DNA from: Nitrospirota bacterium
Lineage (GTDB): Bacteria > Nitrospirota > UBA9217
Assembly (NCBI GenBank): GCA_963751455.1
Contig: CAVVUN010000006.1
Coordinates: 128,001-192,000 of the forward strand
Direction: 5' to 3'
Length of the DNA: 64,000 bases
Position 1 is the first letter of the stretch. Every line of letters starts with the position of its first letter. The translations under genes and the position numbers were made by a program. The notes beneath the pieces are model-generated. The model saw nothing but the letters and a program-made list of their open reading frames with translations, was not told where the DNA came from and made no database searches. Of the stretch, positions 41,710 through 51,488 are shown one piece after another.

Positions 41710-43571
41710 TCAATTTTCTTTTCCCTGCAGCGGCGCGGTCAGCACTACCCTGGTCCCCCGGCCCGGGGCGCTCTCGATCGCGCAGGCAGCCGCCCAATCG
41801 TTTCAGCCGCTCCTGTACCAGAAAAACCCGAACCCGCTGACCTTGCCCGCGTTCATGTCCGCGTCGAAACCCGTGCCGTTGTCCTCGACGGCAATGTTGA
41901 TCAGCCGGCCTTTGGCGGAGACAGAGATGCGCACCTCCGTCAGCCCGGGAATGCTTGACCGCGTTCAGGAGCAGCTCCCGCACGCACCGGAACAGGAGAT
42001 AGCGCGTTTCTCCCTGCACCTGCTTGGACTCGCCGTCATCTTCGACTCTGATCAGTATTCCGTGGGTCCTCTGAAAGGCCTCGGCCAGCGCATCAAGGGC
42101 GGGTTTGAAGCCAAGCTCGGTCAGGATCGGCGGATTCAGCTCGATCGTCAGGGAGCGGGTGTACTGAATGGTCTGCTCCAGCGTCTCTCCGATCGTCCCC
42201 AGGATCCGCTGCGTCTCGGGGCGGCGGCAGCATTTGCTGGAGTCTTCCGACCATGAAGGTCATGACCGCCAGGTTCTGCCCGACATAATCGTGCAGGTCC
42301 GAAGCGATCAGGTGCCGCTCCCGCTCCTCCACGCGCGACTCGAGGGCGGACATTTCCGAGGCAACCGAGAACAACTGATTCTGGTAGAGCCGGATCTTCT
42401 CTTCCATCCCCCTGCGCTCCGTCTGGTCCCGGGCGATCACGAGCGCAGCCCTGCTGCCGTTGAACGGGAAAAGGGCGATCGCTATCTCTGCCTCGACCGG
42501 CGGACCCGTCCAGCTGGCGGTACCGGACGCTGGAGAGGGGCAATGGCGGCCCCTTCCTCCTCGACCTGCAGGAGGCGCGCTTCCATCATGGACCGGCAGC
42601 TCTCATCGATGAAGTCCGCGGCCGGCCTTCCCATCACCTGCAGCGGATCGTCAGCGCCCAGCGAGCTTTAACCCGGAAGGGTTGACGAAAACGATGCGGT
42701 CCTGATGCTGCACGTAAGATGGCGTCGGGAGAGAGCTCCACCAGGCGGCGATACCGCTCCTCGCTCTCCCGAAGGGAACGCTCCGCCTCGCTGCGCGCGC
42801 GCACCATTTCGTTAAAGCTCGCGGCAAGGTTCCCTACCTCGTCAACCGGTTTCGACGGGTACGGGCTCGACCGGAAGCCCCATGCCCAGGGCTTTCACCT
42901 TGTCGGTAAGGTTCACGAGGGGGGCGATTACCTTGCGAATGGCGAAATAAATAAGCGTCGTGCTCAGCAAGAATGAAGATAACCGTAATCAGCACGTTCT
43001 GCTTTATGACCGAAACGATCTCCTGGTGGTAGCTTTCCTTGCTCAGCACGATCCGGGCATAGCCGATCACCTTCGGGTGATGGCCCTTTCCCTTCATGCC
43101 GAAATAGAGCGATTCGTCACGGGCGCCGCCTGAGTCGAGCAGTACTGGCTTGATCAGCTCCAGGGTTTCGGATGTTTCCCGGACCGCGGGAAAGCGCTCC
43201 TCTTCTCCGTACTTCGGCTCCGGGGGCCGCCATTCGTCGAGCGCGGGTTGTCCTTTCCGCTCTTCGTGGATCTTCCGGAACCGGTTGTTATAGATGGATA
43301 CTGCGATGACATCGTGGAGACTGAGGATGTCCCGGGCCGCCTCCCGCAGCATTTTGGGGTTCTCGGCGAAGACCCCCAGCATGGAACTGCGGGACAGGAG
43401 TTCGACCAGCATTTCTCCCTGCTCCCGGAGGCCGGTCTTGGTCTTGTCCTCTTCGCGAAGCACGGCAAAAACGGTAAATACGGACAGCACGACGATGATG
43501 ATGCCGATGAACGCAGACAGCATCTTGACGCCCAGGCTTTTCCGCAGCGCATGGCCGATCTTCCTAGTCAA
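41710..43571 (-). CDS. Membrane HAMP/PAS HisKA_3 (NarX-type) sensor kinase, several frameshifts
   Basis: TM-periplasmic-TM; EERER..IA.DLHD.VGQ.L; FRCVRELL.NAVKHS; G.G F and S.PG.GT.V boxes. Confidence 0.8.
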
Positions 43572-44488
43572 TCCCTTTCACCCTCCGCATGGTCTCATCC
43601 GTGATCGCAAGCCCCATTTTCGCGGCCACGTTCCTGTTTACGGTGAGAAGCGACGTTCGGGCATACTCGCGGACGGAGCCCGATCCCGTTTTCAATCTGT
43701 TCGCCAACTCGCCGACCTGCACCCCGATATCATAGGGATCGAGGTCAAGGGAGGCCACGGCGCCCATGTCCACATATTTTCGGGAAAAGGTGAAGATGGG
43801 AACTGCCCGCTGAAAGGAAAAACGAAGCAGCAGATCGACATTCTCCGTGGTGACCACACTCGGGTCCGGCAGCATCCAGAAGATGTCGATCCTGTCCTGC
43901 ATGGCGGAGAGCGCTGCCGGCAGCCTGGAAGGATCATGGATCTGCTGGGAAATCAGTTCGAGTCCCGCAGCCCGCGCAGCCTTCACGGCGTCTTCAAAAA
44001 AGGCTCCGGTATTCCGGGGATCGTAGATCACGCCGATCCTTTTCTTGCCCGGGAAAATGTCGTGCATGGCTGCCAGATGGCTTGCCGGCGAAACATCCAT
44101 GCTTATACCGGATATATTCGGTCCCTGGCAGCTGAAGGGCTTCGGAAGGGATTGCCATTGCGTAGATGAGGGGAAGGGTCCTGATCTCTTTCAGCTTCTT
44201 CAGGCCAAGCGTGCCGACCGTGATGACGATGTCAGGCGATTTCGCCAGCACCCTTTCAGGCCCGTCATCGTCGCGAAGCGTCAATTCCCGCACAGAGCAA
44301 TTACACGCGTCCCTCAGCCCGCGCACGACTTCGAGGTGGGGCTGCAGCTGGGCGCTTCTGACCACGACCACACGGCACGGCTCGGCTGCGATAGCAGGAA
44401 TGGAAACTCCGACCACGAGCACAGCGACGAACAGCGCGATCGAACGAACCGTATGGGGGAACTGTGATAGTGATGAGAGTACCATCAT
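43564..44488 (-). CDS. ABC_sub_bind-type periplasmic binding protein with no ABC transporter (frameshift near 44120)
   Basis: Signal peptide; RIGV.YDP, D..WMLPD.SV, G.Q...LA...L, L.VN..A..MG. Confidence 0.8.
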
Positions 44489-44565
44489 TCCGTCTTGGGT
44501 TTGGCCTCTGCGGAAGCGACCGTTGAACGAGCATGATGGCGCTCCCCGGCGTCCGCGCCGCGACA

Positions 44566-44762
44566 TGAATCCCGCGCCTTGGAATCCCCCGGCTCCAGCC
44601 GGAGGAAAGCGCTTACTCGCGCCTGGCACGCATAAAGTCGCGTAGGCGAGAGTAAGCAGGCCCCACCATGCACTCGCGCTAGCGCACTCGTAAACACTTG
44701 GTGCAGGCGGGAGGTCGCGTTGTTTGAGGGAGCCCCCGGCTCCTGCCTGGAGGAGGCTCCAC
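44566..44762 (-). repeat. Repeat family D with nested insertions
   Basis: Reverse complement matches 49521-49629, plus a 41-bp element and an extra hairpin. Confidence 0.65.
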
Positions 44763-44781
44763 TCGATCCGGAGTTATCCTT

Positions 44782-46076
44782 CTACAGGCCGAATTCCAGG
44801 TCCTGCGCGACGAACGGGCCCAGCGTCCTGTCGAAGTATTCTTTCTGGCAATTGAGGCCTTCCATGGTCCCGGACCTCAACAACTGCATGTACCTGCAGC
44901 CGCCGAAGCAGAGCGGCAGATAGCTGCATTCCAGGCATCGGTCGTTCTTCCAGGAATCCAGCCCGTGCGAGGCCCGGTACTCCCGCACCCCGGTCCTCAC
45001 GTCGCCTACGCAGCACTCTTTCCTGCCGATCAGGCCCGGACATTTGTACAGCGTGCCGTCGTAGTTCACGACAAAGCTGTCCCGGAAGTCGAGCAGACAG
45101 GGAGAGGGCAAGACCTTCGGGGCGCGGTAGCCCCGTTTCAGCACCTCTCTGCGCAGGAAGAGCGCGGCCTCGCTGATCCACGGCTCGTTATTGGAGGTGC
45201 AGCCGTCGTGAAAATCCGGCGTCCCGAACTCGCTGCTTTCCTGCAAAACCGGGTCGAACTTGACGACCGGGACCTTCTGCGGGGTAAGTCCGTTTGCGAT
45301 GAGATGGTCGAGCAGGAGCGGGAACCGGTCATACTCGTCGCGGGTATAATTGCCGCCGATCTGGATACGGATCAGTTCGCGAGACGTCCTTGATGTTCCG
45401 GAGGATGACATCGAACGAGCCAATGCCCGATCGAAAAGGACGGAACCTGTTGTGGATGTCCTCCGGTCCGTCAAGCGTGACCTTGGCGCCCGTCAGTCCG
45501 AGCGGGACCAGTTTCCGGACCACTTCGGGCGTGAGCAGGGTCCCGTTGGTCACGAGCCCGAATTCGTAGCGCAGACCCCTTTCGGCAGCGTACGTGCCGA
45601 GCTTTTCCGAGATGCTCGATGATCCGCGCCGATGCTCAGCAGCGGTTCGCCGCCGTAAAAGGTGACCTCGATGGTCTTCTTCCCGGTCAGGTCCCTGCTT
45701 CTTGACGAAGGCAATGAATGCGTCGGCGGTCTCGTCGGACAGGTACCATTTCCCTTTTCTTTGGCCTTCGAAGCAGTAGGTGCAGGCGAGATTGCAGTCG
45801 AGGTTGAGGACCAGGATGATCCGGACCGACGTATCTGAGAGCGTTCAGTTCGCCGATGTAGCCGAGCATTTCCTGTTTTTCCCGCTCGGGGTCGTCGGTC
45901 ACGAGCCCGAGGCTGCCCAGGGATTCGCGTTCCTCCGGGGAAAGGCGGCCGCTTTCGATGTCTGCGATCAGACCCGAGGGCACGAGGACCGCCGAGGCGT
46001 TGGCGGTCGAGAACAGGACCTGGGAGCCGTCACCCTGCGCGGACGGGAATATTTTCGTATATCGGGACAAATTCAT
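44782..46076 (-). CDS. Radical SAM/SPASM peptide maturase, geopeptide type (several frameshifts)
   Basis: MNLSRYTKIFP N-terminus; LDCNLACTYCFEG (CX3CX2C); FYGGEPL; TNG.LL; VTLDG..IH...R; SPASM C..DG.LYKC..C..C..LP.C.GGC..C. Confidence 0.88.
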
Positions 46077-46107
46077 GAAAATTGTATGAGTCCTTTCAGG
46101 TGGCTGG

Positions 46108-46145
46108 AAAAAAAGGGAGGGAGAGCCTGTTCTGTTCTCCCTCCC
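46108..46145 (-). terminator. Intrinsic terminator/stabilising hairpin between peptide and maturase
   Basis: Minus strand GGGAGGGAGA-loop-TCTCCCTCCC followed by a T tract. Confidence 0.7.
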
Positions 46146-46154
46146 AAGCACTTT

Positions 46155-46256
46155 CTATCTTGAAACGTAAGGAGCGATCGAGCCGTAACAACAGAACATT
46201 GCCGCCACTTCTCTTTTATCCATGCCTCTTTTCAGTACTACGATGCGATTCTGCAT
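46155..46256 (-). CDS. 33-aa RiPP precursor peptide MQNRIVVLKRGMDKREVAAMFCCYGSIAPYVSR (geopeptide-like)
   Basis: Hand translation (below the ORF-track cut-off); purine-rich RBS AAGGGGGGGAG; I.VL..G leader and CC core; directly upstream of the rSAM gene. Confidence 0.8.
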   Translation of the reverse strand: MQNRIVVLKRGMDKREVAAMFCCYGSIAPYVSR

Positions 46257-46294
46257 GTTCTCCCCCCCCTTCTCTTTAGAGTTACATATCGCTC

Positions 46295-48176
46295 TTAAAA
46301 GCTATACCGGATGCCTGCCTCCGACCACCGGCCGGGGTTCTTATACAAGCGCTATCGGCATATTGAGCCCCGTTAAAGATATTGTGAACATCGACAAAGA
46401 GTTCGAGCGAGCTGTCGTCATCGGAATAGAGTGTCCTTGGCAGCATGGACGTCAACGATCATGGCCTTATATTTACCCTCATTGAATGCGTCCGAATTCC
46501 AGTAAATATAATGACCTGTCACGAGCATTTTCAGAGTGGCATCGTCATAGTGAAGTCCGAGGTCATAGGTCCGCTGAGGGGTATTCGGGACCGTCCTGCC
46601 GGTTTCAGCGTCCCTGGTGTTCATGAAGGCAGCTCCTGCTGAAAGGAACGTCAAATGGACAGGCTTGCTCCTCAGTTCGATCTCGAGTCCCTGCCTTCGT
46701 GCCTTGCCTTCGTTCACGGCCATGAACTGGGGCCCGGGCAACATGTTCGTTTACGATCAGATCGGCTAACATCATGCCGGTACACATCCATCTTCAGCCA
46801 TACAAAGGGCACTGCGGTTGTCTCAACGCCTGCCTGGTAGGACTTGACCCGTTCCATCCGCAGGTCCGGGTTCGGCACGGTGAATTGGTTGCCCCCGAAG
46901 GTTGCCGAGAGCGGAGGAACATTGAAGCCGCGGGCAGCATAGGTCCGGAGAAGAACGGTATCGAGCGGCTTGTAGGTCATACCGAGACTCGGGCTGTTGA
47001 AATCTCCGTTCGTATCGGTCTCGTCATGCCGGATGCCGGGTGTGAACGAGAACCGGTTGACGGTGATCGTATCGTTCAGGTAGAAGGCGTGCTTTCTCTG
47101 AAAATGCTCCCTGCCGGCCAGCGTGCTCGATTCCAGTTTTCTTGAATCCGCATCCGCACCGAGGACGACGTTGTGTTCCTGCCGCTTCCAGACCAGTTTT
47201 GCGCTCGAGCCGTATCCCGTGTCCTCGTAATAGTCATGCGAAAGTTGAGAACCGGTGCTTGCCTGGTAATTGTAGTAATCGTAGTCCTGACGAATATTCC
47301 AGAAACCGAGATTGAACGTCGTCTCCTTGCTGATCGCCGAGTTCAGCGAAAGGCTCGATCGTACTGTTTCAGTCTTGTTGTCGACGAACAGGTCATAGTC
47401 CGGGATCTCCACGACGCCCCTGTCGAACCGGTCTATAGCTTGTGCTGAACAGGACCTGGGTGGAGTTCGTTATGTCGTAGGTGATCTTGCCGAATGCGTT
47501 GTTCCCGGAAAAATCGTTAAGCGGCCTGAATCCATCCGTCTCCAGCCGCCTGGCCGTAAGGTAGTAGCCCACACCGGTCGTCCTTCCCGGACGCTTCCAT
47601 CCTGAAGTCTCCGGTATTGGCCTTGCCGTACGACGCCGACACCATACCGTTCAACTCGTCGCTGCTTCCTGATTTGGTGATGATGTTGATGACGCCGCCG
47701 AGCGCCGAGCCCCAGGCCGAGGAGGCGGGGCCCTTGATGATCTCGATCTTCTCGATGTTCTGGACCGGGACCGACCCGACTTCCGCGACGGTATCGCTCA
47801 GGTTGTTCAGCGGGATGCCGTCCATGAAGACAGCGACGTGCCAGTTCTCGGAGCCCTGGATCAAGGCCTGTGCGATACTGCCCGGCCCTCCGGTCAGGAA
47901 AACCTGGACACCGGTCACCGTGTTCAATACGTCGGCCAGGGTGTGAGCGTTCATCAGTTTTATATCCTGTGCGGTGACGATCGTGACATTTTCCGCGGTT
48001 TGAGTCAGCGACTTCCGGCTTCTCGTTGAAGACTCGACATACAAGTTATCTTCGGTGAAATACATCAGAAGGAATTTATCATCTTCATCGGGTTTGCTGA
48101 GTACGGGACCTGCGAGCGCCAGCTGTACGCCGAGTAAAGCAATTACGAAAGCTGCCAGAATCCTGTGTTTTTTCAT
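46295..48176 (-). CDS. TonB-dependent outer-membrane receptor (several frameshifts)
   Basis: Signal peptide; plug motif IE.IEIIKGP.SS.WG.ALGGVINIITK; NPDL..E...SY..G; C-terminal ..GIRYSF*. Confidence 0.88.
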
Positions 48177-48354
48177 GGCCCTTTCCACCTGTAATGGTTA
48201 ATGAATCTGATAGCAATGCAATTTTATGTATGCAATTACAGGTGGAGTATAAGGAGGGAACCATCCCGTGTCAAGAAATTATCTCCGATCGTCCGGAAAA
48301 TAAACTGCTCTTCGCATGGATCGTGGGAGCCGCCGATATCTCTTAATATGGTTC

Positions 48355-48400
48355 ACTATAGTAAATTGATGCAGAAAATAACACTACCCGTTCGGGTAGT
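48355..48400 (-). promoter_or_regulatory. Regulon box 4 (perfect 7-bp arms) and -10 (TATAGT)
   Basis: ACTACCC-GTTC-GGGTAGT at 48383-48400; -10 at 48355-48360 (minus), 22-bp spacing. Confidence 0.75.
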
Positions 48401-48550
48401 CTGCCCGGGTTATTTTTAATGATGCAGTTTACTTTCCTGTTAAGCCGAAGATCGGTGTCGGTTGCGCAATGTGCGGAAGTTTATGATGTCTTGAATGAAG
48501 TTCCGGGAAGTCAATGATCGTAGGATTCCGGTCTCATGTAGTGCGACCGT

Positions 48551-49363
48551 TCATCTCTTCCGGTAAATTCCCGGACATCCCGGCCAGGGCAGGAACCCGG
48601 CAAAACCGGGAGGCACTGTCTCATGGATTCCCACGACCAGTGCCCCCTGATCGTCGAGTTTATGGTACAATCGGGCCAGAATTTCTTTCTGTAACTCATG
48701 ATCAAAATACGTAAACGCCAGGTTTCTGCACAGAATAAGATGAAACAGTCCCTCTGGTTCCGCTATGCGGACATCCTGTTCAAGAAGGGCCACCTTTTCG
48801 CGTTCCCCTGCCCTGATACAGAAACGGTCTCCCTCGCGGATGAACGCAGTTTTCCAGTCCGGGGGCAGATTTCCGAGACTGCCTGAAGCGTAACAGCCCG
48901 CCTTTGCGCGTTCGATCATGTTCCTGTCCGCGTCGGTAGCGAGGATGGCTATTTTCATAGAAGGGAAGCGGCGGCCCGTGCCGAGGTCCCACAGGACAGC
49001 GAGCGTATACGGCTCCTCGCCGGAAGCGCAGCCGATGCTCCAGCAGCGGAGTTCCGTGCCTCCCTGCGCCATTGCAGCTTCACACAGTCGAACCAGGACA
49101 TCCTTTTCAAGCGATTGAAACACTTCCCGGTCACGATAAAAACGCGAGATCGCAACACGGCATAAGGAGTCGAGAACTTCCCATTCGCTCCTGTTGCCTT
49201 CAAGGAAGGACCGGTACCCGGCTGCATCCGCCAGCCCGAGCGCATGAAGTCGCCCGTCAATCCGATTGCAGACCTGTCCACGAACCTTCCGGAAACCATT
49301 CCACCGCATACGAAGCAGCGGAAGCGACCACTTGAGGAATTGTACGCAATCCTGGTCCCTCAT
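48551..49363 (-). CDS. cheR: CheR-family methyltransferase
   Basis: ISRFYRD, WSIGCASGEEPYT, I.ATD, LILCRN...YF, L.VG..E. Confidence 0.9.
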   Translation of the reverse strand: MRDQDCVQFLKWSLPLLRMRWNGFRKVRGQVCNRIDGRLHALGLADAAGYRSFLEGNRSEWEVLDSLCRVAISRFYRDREVFQSLEKDVLVRLCEAAMAQGGTELRCWSIGCASGEEPYTLAVLWDLGTGRRFPSMKIAILATDADRNMIERAKAGCYASGSLGNLPPDWKTAFIREGDRFCIRAGEREKVALLEQDVRIAEPEGLFHLILCRNLAFTYFDHELQKEILARLYHKLDDQGALVVGIHETVPPGFAGFLPWPGCPGIYRKR

Positions 49364-49520
49364 GACGGGTAATCTCCGGTCTACTTCTGGTATCAATCTT
49401 AGCAAATGGCTTCTGAAACGTGATCGTTTAACGAATCGTAGCAGGGCGGGGCCTCAACACTAAAGGAAGGCGAGGTAGTCTTAAAGGACAGTCCCATTCA
49501 CTACCCTCTTTTTAAACTCA

Positions 49521-49629
49521 GTGGAGCCCCCTCCGGCAGGAGCCGGAGGCTCCCTTTAATAACGCGACCTCCCGCGGACTACGGCGCATTACCCCCGGCA
49601 GGAGCCGGGATTGCAAGTCGCGGGATTCA
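49521..49629 (+). repeat. Repeat family D, uninterrupted copy
   Basis: GTGGAGCCCCCTCCGGCAGGAGCCGGAGGCTCCC...CCCCCGGCAGGAGCCGGG..CGCGGGATTCA. Confidence 0.65.
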
Positions 49630-49800
49630 ATCAAAGTGAAAAGAACTCAGATAATCTTTAAGCTTCGCCGTGTCCGGCCCGCTCGCCAAGCGCGGCCGCA
49701 TCGGTCAGAGGCCATTGTTAATCGCAACCTGGCTGATACAGAGCAGCCGGCAATACAATCGGGAAGAAATGATTGTGTCGAACAAATTCAGGGCGCCGCG

Positions 49801-50310
49801 TCATTTCATTTTTGCGGAATGCCGCATGATTTCTGTTTTATGAAGACGTACGTACGCACAGCTTGGCTCTTCGCCGCACTTCCGGCATTTCAAATCATAC
49901 GCGGAATTTATCGTCCGGCATTTTGGGCAGGAATAGTGTTCAATCATCTCCGCATACCACTTTTCGTACCCGGCTTCCTTTATGCGTTCCTGCGATTTCC
50001 AGAGCTCGATTCTATGCGGCATCTCTGCCTGAAACGTTTTCAGGTTTTGACAGGGATATTCCGGGCAGCGACCGCAAAAGTCCATCTTTTTTTCAGCAGC
50101 GCATTTTGCCATGGTACAGACGGTGCGGCAGTAAAAACATCTTTTTTCGGTACGGCATCCGTTGCAAGATAAATCCTCAACCGGTCGCTTAAGCCGCTGA
50201 GCCAGGACTTCCAGCCGTTTCGGATCTTCGTTCGTGCCGATAAATACACTGCATGCCGGGCAAAATAAACCACATACCGCGGCAAGGCGTTTATCATACA
50301 CATCTGACAT
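49801..50310 (-). CDS. DUF3795 Cys-rich protein
   Basis: CGL.C..C, C.GC, C..C..YPC. Confidence 0.85.
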   Translation of the reverse strand: MSDVYDKRLAAVCGLFCPACSVFIGTNEDPKRLEVLAQRLKRPVEDLSCNGCRTEKRCFYCRTVCTMAKCAAEKKMDFCGRCPEYPCQNLKTFQAEMPHRIELWKSQERIKEAGYEKWYAEMIEHYSCPKCRTINSAYDLKCRKCGEEPSCAYVRLHKTEIMRHSAKMK

Positions 50311-50332
50311 CTTTCCTCCTCTTCATGCCTCG

Positions 50333-50761
50333 CTACGGAGCAATAATTTTGTATTCCGTCGTAATCGCGACATTGCCTTTCAACATTTGCCATACGAGGC
50401 AGACCGATGCTTCCCCCAATTTGATTGCTTTTTGAACATCCGCATCTTGTGCATCTGCTGAGTTTATTGTGAAGTGGAGAAGAATCTTTTGGAATGATGT
50501 CGGTTGTTCGTCCCGTCTTATCCCTTTTGCATTCACCGTCACCGCGGATACGCTTTTCCCCATTTTTCTCAGTAAAAACCCGATTGTCCCGCCGCTGCAA
50601 GCGCCAAGACTCATGAGCACCATTTCAAGGGGCATATAACCCTGGCCGTCTCCGTGCGGTTGTATATAATCCATAGTGATTGGCGGAAGAGACCTTAAAG
50701 AACCGGTATATCCCAGCTTCCGGTTTGTTGAATTGACCGTAACTTTCAGTTGGTTGCCCAT
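50333..50761 (-). CDS. OsmC family protein
   Basis: P.E..L.SLGACS; C.V...L. Confidence 0.85.
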   Translation of the reverse strand: MGNQLKVTVNSTNRKLGYTGSLRSLPPITMDYIQPHGDGQGYMPLEMVLMSLGACSGGTIGFLLRKMGKSVSAVTVNAKGIRRDEQPTSFQKILLHFTINSADAQDADVQKAIKLGEASVCLVWQMLKGNVAITTEYKIIAP

Positions 50762-50787
50762 AGCGGTTCTCCTTAAATAAATTAATC

Positions 50788-50954
50788 GTAACCATTCAGC
50801 TTCTTTTCAGAACGGCATTAAGACAAATCTGAGAAAAAACCCTTCTATCCGCAGATTTCGCAGATTTACGCAGATTTTAACCGGAATTCTGGTTTTGTTT
50901 TTATCTGCGAAATCTGCGTAATCTGCGGATAAAAAAAATGACCTGAATAGTTAC
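50788..50954 (+). mobile_element. MITE family A, copy 2, 8-bp TSD AATTAATC
   Basis: TIR GTAACCATTCAG/CTGAATAGTTAC; TSD at 50780-50787 and 50955-50962. Confidence 0.9.
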
Positions 50955-50989
50955 AATTAATCAACCATTTCCCTGCCGCTCATGACAGT

Positions 50990-51421
50990 TCAATCGAGCT
51001 GAGGTCCTTTTCCGATTATCATTTTGCCGCGGTAATAGCGCTGCTTGATTTCCGGCTCTTTTTCAATGTACTTCGCCACGCCATGCTGCTTGATGAAGCT
51101 CAGGCTGAATACTTTGAGGTTATGCGGCAGGACATCCGCCCTGTCTGACGCCGGATTCAGTCTGGCACAGGGAAATTCCGGGCATTCGAAACAGAAATCA
51201 ACTCCCCGCCCGCTCGCGCAGCCGTACGTCGCACAGGTTCCCTGAACAAGCTGGTGCTTTCCCTTTGCCGATCTGCACCCCGGGCAAGGCACTCCGTTCC
51301 AGTTGATCCTTTTAACCAGCCCTTCCCGCAGAGACGGATCGTCTTTGACCCTGTACATCGGGCATGACCCGCAGTATATCCCGCACGGCGCTACCAGTGT
51401 AATATCTTGTTTCTTTTCCAT
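50990..51421 (-). CDS. DUF3795 Cys-rich protein
   Basis: APCGI.C..C, C.GCR, FC.EC.EFPC..L.P..D.A..LPHN.K. Confidence 0.85.
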   Translation of the reverse strand: MEKKQDITLVAPCGIYCGSCPMYRVKDDPSLREGLVKRINWNGVPCPGCRSAKGKHQLVQGTCATYGCASGRGVDFCFECPEFPCARLNPASDRADVLPHNLKVFSLSFIKQHGVAKYIEKEPEIKQRYYRGKMIIGKGPQLD

Positions 51422-51454
51422 TGCATATTCCTCCTTGTTTGGCTTGTATGCAGG

Positions 51455-51482
51455 TTAGACCGGCCCCGAAGGAAAAGGTTAC
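51455..51482 (-). promoter_or_regulatory. Putative ECF sigma promoter GTAACC-N16-GTCTAA
   Basis: Immediately after the ECF gene and before the DUF3795 RBS. Confidence 0.55.
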
Positions 51483-51488
51483 AAGAGC

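Noticed and set aside
49500-49516. Fifth regulon box (ACTACCCTCTT)
   Set aside because: Only a half-site; no second arm and no -10 at the 22-bp spacing.
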